Of a stretch of 64,000 bases of DNA, positions 28,936-41,020 are shown piece after piece. The notes under the pieces were generated by a model. The model was not told the origin of the DNA. It searched no databases and was given only the letters and a program-made list of their open reading frames with translations. This DNA is from Macrostomum lignano (Eukaryota): the NCBI GenBank assembly GCA_002269645.1, contig NIVC01000318.1, positions 1 to 64,000 of the forward strand, read 5' to 3'. Made by a program: the position numbers and the translations under genes. The stretch's first letter is position 1. Each line of letters opens with the position of its first letter.

Positions 28936-29120
28936 GGTTCAACGAGTGGATCAACGAGATTTTTATAGTTTAACAGTGCATGCGTTTCATCCTACTTGTC
29001 AGTAGACGCTTTAAAAACTTGCAAAGACTCTTTAGAATATTTCTGCATTAGAATGCATCCACATACTAAACTGTCATAATAATATAAATGTATTTGTTTG
29101 CAAATCATTTCTCTATGCAG

Positions 29121-29318
29121 GATACTTCAATGACGCGTACAATAATGGACTTGTTCCACTGCGTCCTCGACAAGAGCTAGAAGGAGAGGACACTGAGGAG
29201 CCTCTGGCTCCGCCGCCGCCCCCGCCTCCATCGCGAGCACCGGGATCGAGGGCACCTGTACCGCAGCCACCGCCGCCTCTTTCACCGCCGCTTTCGCCAG
29301 CTTACGAGCCAATTAAAC
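29121..29318 (+). CDS. GFRalpha/Gas1-like receptor, exon D (acidic/proline-rich linker)
   Basis: Acceptor tttctctatgcag, donor c|gtaggt; 198 nt, phase 1/1, open frame YFNDAYNNGLVPLRPRQELEGEDTEEPLAPPPPPPPS..AYEPIK. Confidence 0.75.
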
Positions 29319-29449
29319 GTAGGTCTTTGTATTGGACAAGTTAGCAGGGCCCTGGTGAATAGAAAACCAAAAAATAACGTTTAGTAAATTATTTAGTAAA
29401 TGGTCGTACGCTTGAAAGTAACTCATTTAGTAAACGTTTAGTAAATAAA

Positions 29450-29845
29450 CAACGACGGGAGTGAGGTGGTAGAGCCACCGACCAATGAGATCTGAGAAAG
29501 GACAGGGAGTGAGGTGGTAGAGCCACCGACCAATGAGATCTGAGAAACGACAGGGAGTGAGGTGGGTGAGCCACCGACCAATGAGATCTGAGAAACGACA
29601 GGGAGTGAGGTGGGTGAGCCACCGACCAACGAGAGCTGAGAAAGGGCAGGGAGTGAGGTGGGTGAGCCACCGACCAACGAGATCTGAGAAAGTGCAGGGA
29701 GTGAGGTGGGTGAGCCACCGACCAACGAGATCTGAGAAAGTGCAGGGAGTGAGGTGGGTGAGCCACCGACCAACGAGATCTGAGAAAGGGCAGGGAGTGA
29801 GGTGGGTGAGCCACCGACCAACGAGAGCTGAGAAATTGCAGAGAG
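29450..29845. repeat. 48-bp minisatellite CAGGGAGTGAGGTGGGTGAGCCACCGACCAACGAGATCTGAGAAAGGG
   Basis: About 8 copies inside intron D-E. Confidence 0.9.
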
Positions 29846-29911
29846 TTTAGGTGAGCCAACCGTCAACCGCCAACAGTCAAGAATCTCTCCACCCACCCAC
29901 TCCTCCGTCAG

Positions 29912-30445
29912 CCGCGAACTGTTTCGACGTGTACCGCGGCTGCGCTCGGCACTACAACTGCCTGCAGCGGTTCACAGCCCTGCGCGAGGCCTGCGAGTGG
30001 CGCTCAAACGCCTGCGTGAACTACAGCTTCTGCCTGGCCCAGCTCGAGGCCTTCTACTCCTACGCGGACAGCTTTGCCAAAGACGCCGCCACCTGCCAGT
30101 GCCATTCGGACGATACCGACTGTCTGCAGCAGCTGGAGGCATTCCGGCCGCGCTGCGCCTACGATGTGACCCGGCCGGGTGGCCGGTCCTGCATCCAGCT
30201 GTACGAAACCTGCCAGAACAGCCACAACTGCTTGGCTAAGTACGCGCACCACGAACGGATCTGCAGCGCCAACCAGTGCTCAGCCCCGCCCATCGAGTGC
30301 CACCTGGTGCGCCGGCTTCTGCTCGGCACCATCCTGACTCAGCGATGCTCCTGCAGCCAGCGATCCGACAGCCGGCTGGGACCCGGCAAGATGCGAGAAA
30401 TTTGCGAGGGAATCCGTACCACACTGTCAAACCCTCGATGCCTGC
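29912..30445 (+). CDS. GFRalpha/Gas1-like receptor, exon E (Cys-rich domains 3 and 4)
   Basis: Acceptor ctcctccgtcag, donor c|gtgagt (phase 1/1). Two tandem domains, CFDVYRGCARHYNC..CQC..RPRC and CIQLYETCQNSHNC..CSC..NPRC. Confidence 0.88.
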
Positions 30446-30449
30446 GTGA

Positions 30450-30630
30450 GTCACGTGATCTTGCTTGCGTCGGTCTCGGGTGGTTTGAAGGTCACGTGAT
30501 TTTGTTTGCGTTGGTCTTGGTTGGTTTGAAGGTCACGTGATTTTGTTTGCGTTGGTCTTGGGTGGTTTGAAGGTCACGTGATTTTGTTTGCGTTGGTCTT
30601 GGGTGGTTTGAAGGTCACGTGATCTTGTTG
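30450..30630. repeat. 41-bp minisatellite GTCACGTGATTTTGTTTGCGTTGGTCTTGGGTGGTTTGAAG
   Basis: About 4.5 copies starting immediately at the exon E donor; each has a CACGTG palindrome. Confidence 0.88.
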
Positions 30631-30830
30631 CTTTGGTCGTACGCTTGTAAGTAACTCATACTCTCACTTCTGGACACGCCTATAATAAAGTACATGTAGA
30701 AGACGCGCATAGCGGCTTACTGACCACTACTTTATTTTACATTAGTAAACACGAATAAAAGTGCTGAGATGAGATTAATCAGGTGATGAGATCGATCATC
30801 ATGTCGTTCCAAACCCCCTCATCCCGCCAG

Positions 30831-31803
30831 GCTCCGAGACCCATCTTCCGGTGTCTGGCGTCTCCGGTAGCGACGTCTGCGGCCGCCAGCGCCGACACGG
30901 CCTGCCGTCGGGCCGGCCGCTGCTGCTGGAGCAGCTGGCCTCGCAGCTCGGCAACTCAACGGCCCACGCATCCTGCGATCGAATCTGTCGATGCGTCGAA
31001 GTTGACGAAGTCGGCAGCAGCGGCACCGACTGCGGAGTGTGCATCCAGCCGGCGCCCTCGGCGGCGGTGCAGACGGACGCACTGTGCGTCGGCGGCGGAG
31101 GCCGCGCGTTCGCAGGACGGCAATCGCCGAGGCCCGGTTGCGAGTGTTCGGAGCTTGGCGAGCTCGTCTGTGCGCCGAAGCCGGGCCGGGAGCAGCCGCC
31201 GGACTGTACCTGGGACTCGGCGGCAGCCCCGCCCGCTTGGCCGTTCTCCGCACCGCCGGGGTTCAAGCCCCAGCCGACTGGGGCCGCGTGCTCACCAGCG
31301 TGCTGCGTCGGATCGTCGGCGACGATGCCTGCGTGCTGGAGGCCGTCAAGCAGACGCCCGGCGTCGGCGGCGGCGTCCTGGTCCGCTTGCGCGACTCAAC
31401 GACGAGCAACGGTGGCGTTAGCAGCGCGGCTGACTTTTGCATGCGCTACCTGCGCCTGCTGGCTTCTCTGGTTGCTGGCCGCGCTACCGCGGTGTCGCTG
31501 GAGCCGGAGCTGGCGCATCTGCGTGCCGCTCTGCTCGTTCCCGTCGGCCTTGCGTCTCCGTCGTCGTCGTCTTCATCAGGATCCGATGGTGGCGGTTCAA
31601 CAAAGCTCTCGCCTTCCAGTTGGTTTCAGCTGCAGCAGCAGCAGCCTCAGCTGACTCGAAGGCTCGATCTGGATCAAACCAACGGCGCTATCGGCAAAGG
31701 CGATGGAGCTGTCGGTGGAAATGTCGGATCGGCAGCGACATCCGTGGCCACATTGGCATTAACACTTTGTTGCTCAGCTGCGGCGCTCTTGTTAACATTG
31801 TGA
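30831..31803 (+). CDS. GFRalpha/Gas1-like receptor, terminal exon F (Cys-rich segment, C-terminal domain, GPI-signal-like tail); apparent 1-nt frameshift near 31172-31201
   Basis: Acceptor ccctcatcccgccag (phase 1). The first frame gives SCDRICRC..CGVC..CECSELGELVC. The +2 frame gives GLYLGLGGSPARLAVL..VLTSVLRRIVGDDAC..FCMRYLRLLASLV.. and ends in hydrophobic AATSVATLALTLCCSAAALLLTL-stop. Confidence 0.7.
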
Positions 31804-31919
31804 GCCGCCGCGTGGAAATATTGATACTGAGGTTGAATTTTGAGCGGCTGGTAGTTTCAAGAACTTTTAAAAGTATTATAGACTGATGACTGAATTAAGG
31901 AGCGGAGGTCAATGAGTGT

Positions 31920-32125
31920 CAGGGTGTGAGGTGGGTGTTAAATTAAATTGGTGGCTGGCCTACAATGTCGAGGTGGGTGTCGGTGTGTGAGGTGGGTGCT
32001 AAACGGAATTGGCGGCTGGCCTACGGGGTTGGAGTGGGTGGGTGCTAAATTGAATTGGCGGCTGGCCTACGGGGTTGGGGTGGGTGTCGTGGCGTGAGGT
32101 GGGTGCTAAATTGAATTGGCGGCTA
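31920..32125. repeat. Short degenerate tandem repeat (GTGAGGTGGGTGCTAAATTGAATTGGCGGCTGGCCTAC-like)
   Basis: 3-4 diverged copies. Confidence 0.6.
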
Positions 32126-32926
32126 AGAGCTTTCCTAACCTTAAATCAGTGGCATGGTAGAGTCAAAGAATTTCCTTAGAAGTTCAAGGCGCTCAATATT
32201 TAATTGAAGTAAAAACCTTTCCAATTTTGATGCCGCCCACTTCGCCAGCTTGTCGATTTTACTTCTTCCTGCCGCAATCAACGAGATTTTTATAGTTTAT
32301 CAGTTCATGCGCTTTCATCCTACTTGTCAGTAGACGCAGTAAAAACAATGCACAGGTTTGCTGCTGTAAACATTCGTAGTTGGCGCTTTTAAAGCAGTTT
32401 TTTTCTCCGCCTCGGATTCATTCGATCTGCTTGCTTAACCGCCGCTTGCCCCGTCCCTAGGATAATGCTGGCCTGATTACGAATCGGTGATATACACCTT
32501 ATTGAGTGTAAGTATTTTTATTAACTAAAATATTAGCAATGGTCAAAGTCTGTTGGATTGCCATTGTAAAACTGTACCACCACAAAGAACTGTAAATAAC
32601 TAATGTGAATAATGCCCCTCACTACTGACTACTTTTGTGAACGAGCGCAGTACCTCTATAACAATAATAATTTATTTAAAGTCCTGAGCTTCTCACAGAT
32701 TTTCTTTGATATGCACTGCAATTTTGTTGCAAATTCTGAGAATATGTAAGCGAATTATCTTTGTTTATTTCAGTAAAACAGACAGCTTGCACTGACAGAC
32801 TTGTGAATAAAGCAATATAGACCTCATGGTATACATGCTACTCATGCATCAGTAATTCATTTACTCTGTCTGCTCAGGCATTTAACTTACTTTTGTGCGG
32901 CTTCCTGTGATTTGGCATGACTAAAT

Positions 32927-33421
32927 TTCACTCACTCACTCACTCACTCACTCACTCACTCACTCACTCACTCACTCACTCACTCACTCACTCACTCACT
33001 CACTCACTCACTCACTCACTCACTCACTCACTCACTCACTCACTCACTCACTCACTCACTCACTCACTCACTCACTCACTCAGACACTCACTCACTCACT
33101 CACTCACTCACTCACTCACTCACTCACTCACTCACTCACTCACTCACTCACTCACTCACTCACTCACTCACTCACTCACTCACTCACTCACTCACTCACT
33201 CACTCACTCAGACACTCACTCACTCAGACACTCACTCACTCACTCACTCACTCACTCACTCACTCACTCACTCACTCACTCACTCACTCACTCACTCACT
33301 CACTCACTCACTCACTCACTCACTCACTCACTCTCTCACTCACTCACTCACTCACTCACTCACTCACTCACTCACTCACACACTCACTCACTCAGACACT
33401 CACTCACTCATTCACTCACTC
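32927..33421. repeat. (CACT)n microsatellite
   Basis: About 120 units. Confidence 0.97.
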
Positions 33422-33859
33422 AATGAGTCTCAGTGAGCCCTGTGAAACCGAACAGCAATTCCTCCCCGCATTAATTCCAGTCGCATCTCTCCCGCAAGCA
33501 ATTGGAGATTCAAGTCCCGACAAGATCCCAATTTTGGGAACAAAGGTAAATCGAATATTAAATCGGCAGGGGGGGAATATTCGATGAGACACGATGGGGT
33601 CTCTTAAGATGCGGCGGCACGCGTGAACTCGGTCTGGTCCGTTAACCCCCCTCCCTTAATTTCGGATGCAAGCCCTGACTCCCACCAGCCGAACATGCAG
33701 GCTGAGGGACGCGGGTTCGAATCGGAATTTTCAATTCCAGTGATTTGCATTTCACTGATGTGCTCAATTTTGGATTCTGGAAAATATAAAATTCAAGATT
33801 ACAGACGGGGCATCTCTCCCTGACTGCTGGATTTCAAATAATGGATCCCATTGCTTTCA

Positions 33860-34570
33860 CTAATTCAGTATCGACTCTCCGATTCACCAACTCTTCACTG
33901 ACTCACCGATTCACTAACTCATCACTGACTCACCGATTCACCAACTCATCACTGACTCACCGATTCACCAACTCATCACTGACTCACCGATTCACCAACT
34001 TATCGACTCACCGATTCACCAACTTATCGACTCACTGATTCACCAACTCTTCACTGACTCACCGATTCACCAACTCATCACTGACTTACGGATTCACCAA
34101 CTCATCACTGACTCACCGATTCACCAACTCATCACTGACTCACCGATTCACCAACTCATCACTGACTCACCGATTCACCAACTCTTCACTGACTCACTGA
34201 TTCACCAACTCATCACTGACTCACCGATTCACCAACTCATCACTGACTCACCGATTCACCAACTCATCACTGACTCACCGATTCACCAACTCATCACTGA
34301 CTCACCGATTCACCAACTCATCACTGACTCACCGATTCACCAACTCAACACTGACTCACCGATTCACCAACTCTTCACTGACTCACCGATTCACCAACTC
34401 TTCACTGACTCACCGATTCACCAACTTAGCATCGACTTGTCGATTCACTAACTTATCGACGCACCGATTCACCAACTTAGCATCGACTTGTCGATTCACT
34501 AACTTATCGACGCACCGATTCACCAACTTAGCATCGACGGTCGAATCACAAACTTGTCGACTCACCGATT
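33860..34570. repeat. 27-bp minisatellite CTCACCGATTCACCAACTCATCACTGA
   Basis: Direct periodicity with degenerate edges. Confidence 0.92.
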
Positions 34571-35139
34571 GGATGAGTCAATTGGGTGAGTCGACCTGAA
34601 AATGAGCCCTAATTTTCCTATACAGAAACTGACTCGGCCTCAGCCGCACACGCTGAATCAACACAGTGAAAGACGTCAACAAAAGCAGGTGCATCAGGGG
34701 TCACCAGCTCCCGCTAGATTAAAGTCACTGAACTTGAGACCTGAATCACAATCACAGATTATCTTGTCACTCTTTGCAAGCCACGCGGAATGAAAGGCCT
34801 CGAATTATTTTGTTTTCATCTTTCGATTCTCCGTTTAGACAAAACATAAAAACATAAAATGAAGCTCTGCACTTCTCTGTTCCCTTCTCTGTCCGTCTGT
34901 CTGTCTTGTATTTTCCTTTCTTCTACTCTTTCCTAAGCCCAATTAAGGGCAAACCGAGACCGGCTGAGGTCGGTGCTGTGCCGGATGCTGTCGGAGTCTG
35001 ACAACCGCTGTGCGACTCGCGTGGAGCTCCTGTCATCACCCAAACTGATTGGGAAGGGATCTCTTCCCTCTTCTGGCCTGACGAAGAGCCTCGGGGGTTG
35101 AAACCGGTCGACAATTAATTACAATAACTCGACACGCAG

Positions 35140-35313
35140 TGACTTCTCTCGCTCTCGCTCTCTCTCTCTTTCCCCCACTCTCTCGCGTTCTCTCTCCTTC
35201 TCGCTCTCTCTCTCGCTCTCTCTCTCGCTCTCTCTCTCGCTCCCTCTCTCTCCCTCTCTCTCTCTCGCTCTCTCTCTCTTTCCCCCACTCTCTCGCGTTC
35301 TCTCTCCTTCTCG

Positions 35314-35403
<90 letters not shown>

Positions 35404-35470
35404 CTCTCTCTCTTTTCCCCACTCTCTCGCGTTCTCTCTCCTTCTCGCTCTCTCTCTCTCTCGCTCTCTC

Positions 35471-35569
<99 letters not shown>

Positions 35570-35683
35570 CTCTCTCTCTCTCTCGCTCTCTCGCTCTCTC
35601 TCTCTCTCGCTCTCTCTCTCTCGCTCTCTCTCTCTCGCTCTCTCTCTCTTTCCCCCACTCTCTCGCGTTCTCTCTCCTTCTCG

Positions 35684-35769
<86 letters not shown>

Positions 35770-35813
35770 CTCTCTCTCTTTCCCCCACTCTCTCGCGTTC
35801 TCTCTCCTTCTCG

Positions 35814-35870
<57 letters not shown>

Positions 35871-36030
35871 GCTCTCTCTCTCGCTCCCTCTCTCTCCCTC
35901 TCTCTCTCTCGCTCCCTCTCTCTCGCTCTCTCTCTCTCTCTCTCCCTCTACCCCTCTTCACACTCTCTCTACCTCTCTTCCTCTCTCTTCTCTCCCTCTC
36001 GCTCCCCCTCTCCCCCCTCTTTCTCCTTCT
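35140..36030. repeat. (CT)n microsatellite with interspersed CG and repeated TTTCCCCCACTCTCTCGCGTTC blocks
   Basis: Direct observation. Confidence 0.95.
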
Positions 36031-36404
36031 CAGTCTTCGTTCCTCAGTCAGAAACAAAATCATCATCACCCGAAAGCCAGAGTCTTATTTGGTCTCTGAT
36101 CTGTGATTGGCCAACTGAGCCGCTCCCAGATTCTCCACTCGTTTCTGGATAAATTCTCGCCCAACTCCGAGATCTGTCTTCGCCTTCAACAGTTTTTCAG
36201 ACAAGAAAAAACTCAAATTCTCTGTTGAAACAGAACCTTCTGCATATCAGCTTAAAGGTAAGGCTGGCCGAACATTTTCAGTAGAATAACATAATGGGAA
36301 CCTCTGCGGGCAAGCCATGCGGCGCTAAGAAACTGGATCTGAAGATTAATTCGTTTGCTACCGAAGCTTAGCTCAGAAGGTCCGACTGAGCTCCATCTCT
36401 CAGT

Positions 36405-37300
36405 CGGACAAGAGAGGGAGGGACAAGAGAGGGAGGGACAAGAGAGGGAGGGACAAGAGAGGGAGGGACAAGAGAGGGAGGGACAAGAGAGGGAGGGACA
36501 AGAGAGGGAGGGACAAGAGAGGGAGGGACAAGAGAGGGAGGGACAAGAGAGGGAGGGACAAGAGAGGGAGGGACAAGAGAGGGAGGGACAAGAGAGGGAG
36601 GGACAAGAGAGGGAGGGACAAGAGAGGGAGGGACAAGAGAGGGAGGGACAAGAGAGGGAGGGACAAGAGAGGAGGGACAAGAGAGGGAGGGACAAGAGAG
36701 GGAGGGACAAGAGAGGGAGGGACAAGAGAGGGAGGGAAAAGAGAGGGAGGGACAAGAGAGGGAGGGACAAGAGAGGGAGGGACAAGAGAGAGGGACAAGA
36801 GAGGGAGGGACAAGAGAGGGAGGGACAAGAGAGGAGGGACAAGAGAGAGGGACAAGAGAGGGAGGGACAAGAGAGAGGGACAAGAGAGGGAGGGACAAGA
36901 GAGGGAGGGACAAGAGAGGGAGGGACAAGAGAGGGAGGGACAAGAGAGGGAGGGACAAGAGAGGGAGGGACAAGAGAGGGGGACAAGAGAGGGAGGGACA
37001 AGAGAGGAGGGACAAGAGAGGGAGGGACAAGAGAGGGAGGGACAAGAGAGTGAGGGACAAGAGAGGGAGGGACAAGAGAGAGGGACAAGAGAGGGAGGGA
37101 CAAGAGAGGGAGGGACAAGAGAGGGAGGGACAAGAGAGAGGGACAAGAGAGGGAGGGACAAGAGAGGGAGGGACAAGAGAGGAGGGACAAGAGAGGGAGG
37201 GACAAGAGAGGGAGGGACAAGAGAGTGAGGGACAAGAGAGGGAGGGACAAGAGAGGAGGGACAAGAGAGTGAGGGACAAGAGAGGGAGGGACAAGAGAGG
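36405..37300. repeat. 15-bp purine-rich minisatellite (GGGAGGGACAAGAGA)n
   Basis: About 60 copies just upstream of neuropeptide gene 1. Confidence 0.95.
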
Positions 37301-37457
37301 GAGTCCCTCCTCTTGTCCCTTGTCCTTGTCCTTGTCCTTGTCCTGGTCTCTTGTCCCTCCCTCTCTTGTCCCTCAGAAGGCCCACCCAGTGGAGTTGAAG
37401 CCCCTGCACAAACTGGTCTATTTCGCAGACAAGTCAAGAAACTAAAAAAGCAACAAG

Positions 37458-38729
37458 ATGCCCGTCAAAGGAACCTGCAAAGCTGCGCCGCTGGTGCTGC
37501 TGCTGCTGCTGAGCCTCCAGCTGGCTCAGGCGGCGCCCTCGCGGCCTCGCGACGCGGCCTATCGCTATGCGCCTTCCGAGGCCGACCTGGCGGTGCCCAA
37601 CGGCTCCTACCATCCCGCCGAGCAGGCGAATTTCAAGTGAGTCCTGCTCTGTCTTCGGCCTTTGAGGCGGGGTTCAGCGATTTTTGGTCATTTTTAGTAC
37701 TTCTGAGCCAGCCCATTTCATGATGCCTAGCGACTGGGGCTGCCCAAAACCTTCAAATTATAGAAATCATGGGTTTTGTTTCAGTTTGAGTTTTCAGTTT
37801 CATTTTTTGTCTTTTAGAAACTGATGTTTAAGAGCGTAATTTGTTTTGCACTACTCAGTTATAGTAGTCTAATGAGAGTTTATGTATTTTAAAATAAAAA
37901 CAGCGTGGCCGAATGGAAGCGCAGCGGCTCGAATGACTTCAATGCGGCCCGTCTGCTGGCCAAGCTGGCCGACTTCAAAGCCAAGAATGACTTCTTGACC
38001 CAGCGGATTCGGTGAGAGCCACTGCGGTGTTTACACTTTAAACAGGAGTGTTTAAACTGTAAACATGAGGTGTTTACACTGTAGACAGGGGCGTTTACAC
38101 TGTAGACAGAGGTGTTTAAACTGTAGACAGGGGTGTTTACACTGTAGACAGGGGGTGTTTACACTGTAGACAGGGATGTTTACACTGTAGACAGGGATGT
38201 TTACACTGTAGACAAAGGTGTTTAAACTGTAGACAGGGGTGTTTAAACTGTAGACAGGGGTGTTTACACTGTAGACAGGGGGTGTTTACACTGTAGACAG
38301 GGGTGTTTACACTGTAGACAGAGGGTGTTTAAACTGTAGACAGGGATGTTTAAACTGTAGACAGGGATGTTTACACTGTAGATAAAGGTGTTTAAACTGT
38401 AGACAGGGGTGTTTAAACTGTAGACAGGGGTGTTTACACTGTAGACAGGGGGTGTTTACACTGTAGACAGGGGTGTTTACACTGTAGACAGGGGTGTTTA
38501 CACTGTAGACAGGGTGTTTACACTGTAGACAGGGGGTGTTTACACTGTAGACAGGGATGTTTACACTGTAGACAGGGGTGTTTACACTGTAGACAGAGGG
38601 TGTTTACACTGCAGACAGGAAAGTGCTCACACAGTAAACAGGTGATGATTAAACCGGACAAGCCAACAGGAAAGTCGGGGGTCACAGTTGTCAATCAATA
38701 TCCCTGATCCTCATTGCAGCATGGGCTGA
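37458..38729 (+). CDS. Neuropeptide precursor 1 (NPF/NPY-like architecture; predicted 31-aa SGSNDFNAARLLAKLADFKAKNDFLTQRIRM-amide); exons 37458-37636, 37904-38011, 38720-38729
   Basis: Signal peptide MPVKGTCKAAPLVLLLLLSLQLAQA. Phase-consistent splices aa|gtgagt, cag|c, cg|gtgaga, cattgcag|c. KR cleavage site; ends R-M-G-stop (Gly amide donor). Confidence 0.8.
38025..38625. repeat. ~20-22-bp intronic minisatellite GTGTTTACACTGTAGACAGGG
   Basis: Fills intron 2 of neuropeptide gene 1. Confidence 0.92.
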
Positions 38730-38881
38730 AGATGGAGCCAAGCAAGCCGGAAGGAACCCAGTGCAGCCAGGGAAGCCTTTGTACTCGAGATCGACCACTG
38801 ATTGCAACTTCCTGCTATTACAGAAATCCCAAATTGCAACAAACTCGATGTGGTAGAACGCTGCTGATGAATTAATGAAAA

Positions 38882-38888
38882 TATAAAA
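38882..38888 (+). promoter_or_regulatory. Candidate TATA box (TATAAAA) for neuropeptide gene 2
   Basis: Consensus match ~150 nt upstream of ATG 39034; support is position only. Confidence 0.35.
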
Positions 38889-39033
38889 CAAGAGGACACT
38901 GCTGATCTCACAGCTACACTTGCTTCAAAAAAGCAAATTTAAGTGTTTTAATTTTCATTTCATAAGCAAAGACTGTAAAACTGAAATTACATGCAACCCG
39001 AATAACAAAACCCGAATCTGCTTCAGTTCCAGC

Positions 39034-40295
39034 ATGGCCCGCTCTGGTCACCGATTCAATGGGGCTCTGCTTCCGCTGCGTCTGCTGCTGTGGCTGCTGC
39101 TGCTGGGCCAGCCGGCACCCCAGCTGGCGTTCAGGGCGGAACCGGCAGCTGGGATGGCTCGTGCGATGTCGCTCAGGGACAGCGGCGTTGCCATGGCAAC
39201 TGGGTAAATTAATGGCTCATTCAAACAGTGCTAAAATAGTCGCTCCAACTCTCAAACCTGAGGCGTGCTCACTCTGACACTTGAGACCTGCTCACTCTCA
39301 CACTTGAGACCTGCTCACTCTCACACTTGAGACCTGCTCACTCTCACACTTGAGACTTGCTCACTCTCACACCTGAGACCTGCTCACTCTCACACCTGAG
39401 ACCTACTCACTCTCACACCTGATACCTGCTCACTCTCACACTTGAGACCTGCTCAGTCTCACATCTGAGACCTGCTCACTCTCACACCTGATACCTGCTC
39501 ACTCTCACACCTGAGACCTGCTCACTCTCACACCTGAGACCTGCTCACTCTCACACCTGAGACCTGCTCACTCTCACACCTGAGACCTGCTCACTCTCAC
39601 ACCTGAGACCTGCTCACTCCCACACCTGATACCTGCTCACTCCCACACCTGAGACCTGCTCACTCTCATACCTGAGACCTGCTCACTCTCACACCTGAGA
39701 CCTGCTCACTCTCACACCTGAGACCTGCTCACTCTCACACCTGAGACCTGCTCACTCTCACACCTGAGACCTGCTCACTCCCACACCTGATACCTGCTCA
39801 CTCTCACACCTGAGACCTGCTCACTCTCACACCTGAGACCTGCTCACTCTCACACCTGAGACCTGCTCACTCTCACACCTGAGACCTGCTCACTCTCACA
39901 CCTGAGACCTGCTCACTCTCACACCTGAGACCTGCTCACTCTCACACCTGAGACCTGCTCACTCTCACACCTGAGACCTGCTCACTCTCACACCTGAGAC
40001 CTGCTCACTCTCACACCTGAGACCTGCTCACTCTCACACCTGAGACCTGCTCACTCTCACACCTAGGACCTGCTCACACCTTTTCATTTCAGCGAGCTGT
40101 TTAGCCGCGGTCGCAGAGGGCAGTCAGAAGCTGAGCGGCTGATGGAGTTGCTCAGGCAGTCGTACGCAAGATACAGATTTCTCCGAGAACGAATCAGGTT
40201 CCAATAGTAGAGCTTAAAACTTATTTTCAACATATTTGTTGCACCCTACTGGCAGTAATATGATAAATGAACCATTGAATTTCAGAATGGGCTGA
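39034..40295 (+). CDS. Neuropeptide precursor 2 (paralogue of 1; predicted GQSEAERLMELLRQSYARYRFLRERIRM-amide); exons 39034-39203, 40093-40197, 40286-40295
   Basis: Signal peptide (..ALLPLRLLLWLLLLGQPAPQLA). Splices gg|gtaaat, tttcatttcag|c, ag|gttcca, ttgaatttcag|a. RR cleavage site; the last exon xATGGGCTGA matches gene 1's. Confidence 0.78.
39265..40080. repeat. 23-bp intronic minisatellite CACCTGAGACCTGCTCACTCTCA
   Basis: About 35 copies filling intron 1 of neuropeptide gene 2. Confidence 0.95.
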
Positions 40296-40574
40296 CGCGC
40301 AATGAAGCGCGGACTTCAGAAACAGTTAGCGCTGTGCAAATAATGGAGCAACAGGACAAAATACTTGAATTAACAAATCCTTCGTTTGTTTTACTGAGCT
40401 GGACTGACACTAAACAATGACAATGCAGTGTGTATACGTTTAATAAGTAGTGTACATACAGTGATCATATATAATTACAGTGGACATCTGAAAGGTGGGG
40501 TTGTTTTCTGTGAATTGGAAATTTTACTTTAAATAGAAAAAAATATTTATTAAACTATATTGATGCAGTACAGC

Positions 40575-41020
40575 CTACGATACAGACAAATACAGTTTAC
40601 AGCACAACAGTGCCTACAGACAAATACAGTTTACAGCACACTGTGCCTACAGACAGATACAGTTTACAGCATACAGTGCCTACAGACAAATACAGTTTAC
40701 AGCACACTGTGCCTACAGACAAATACAGTTTACAGCACACTGTGCCTACAGACAGATACAGTTTACAGCATACCGTGCCTACAGACAAATACAGTTTACA
40801 GCACACTGTGCCTACAGACAGATACAGTTTACAGCATACAGTGCCTACAGACAAATACAGTTTACAGCACACAGTGCCTACAGACAAATACAGTTTACAG
40901 CACACAGTGCCTACAGTCAAATACAGTTTACAGCATACAGTGCCTACTGACAAATACAGTTTACAGCACACAGTGCCTACAGACAGATACAGTTTACAGC
41001 ATGTAGCGCTTACAGACAGA
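40575..41020. repeat. 33-bp minisatellite ACAGTGCCTACAGACAAATACAGTTTACAGCAC
   Basis: About 13 copies. Confidence 0.92.

Noticed and set aside
33690-33730. B-box-like GGTTCGAATC suggesting a tRNA or SINE
   Set aside because: No A box or cloverleaf stems in the flanking sequence.
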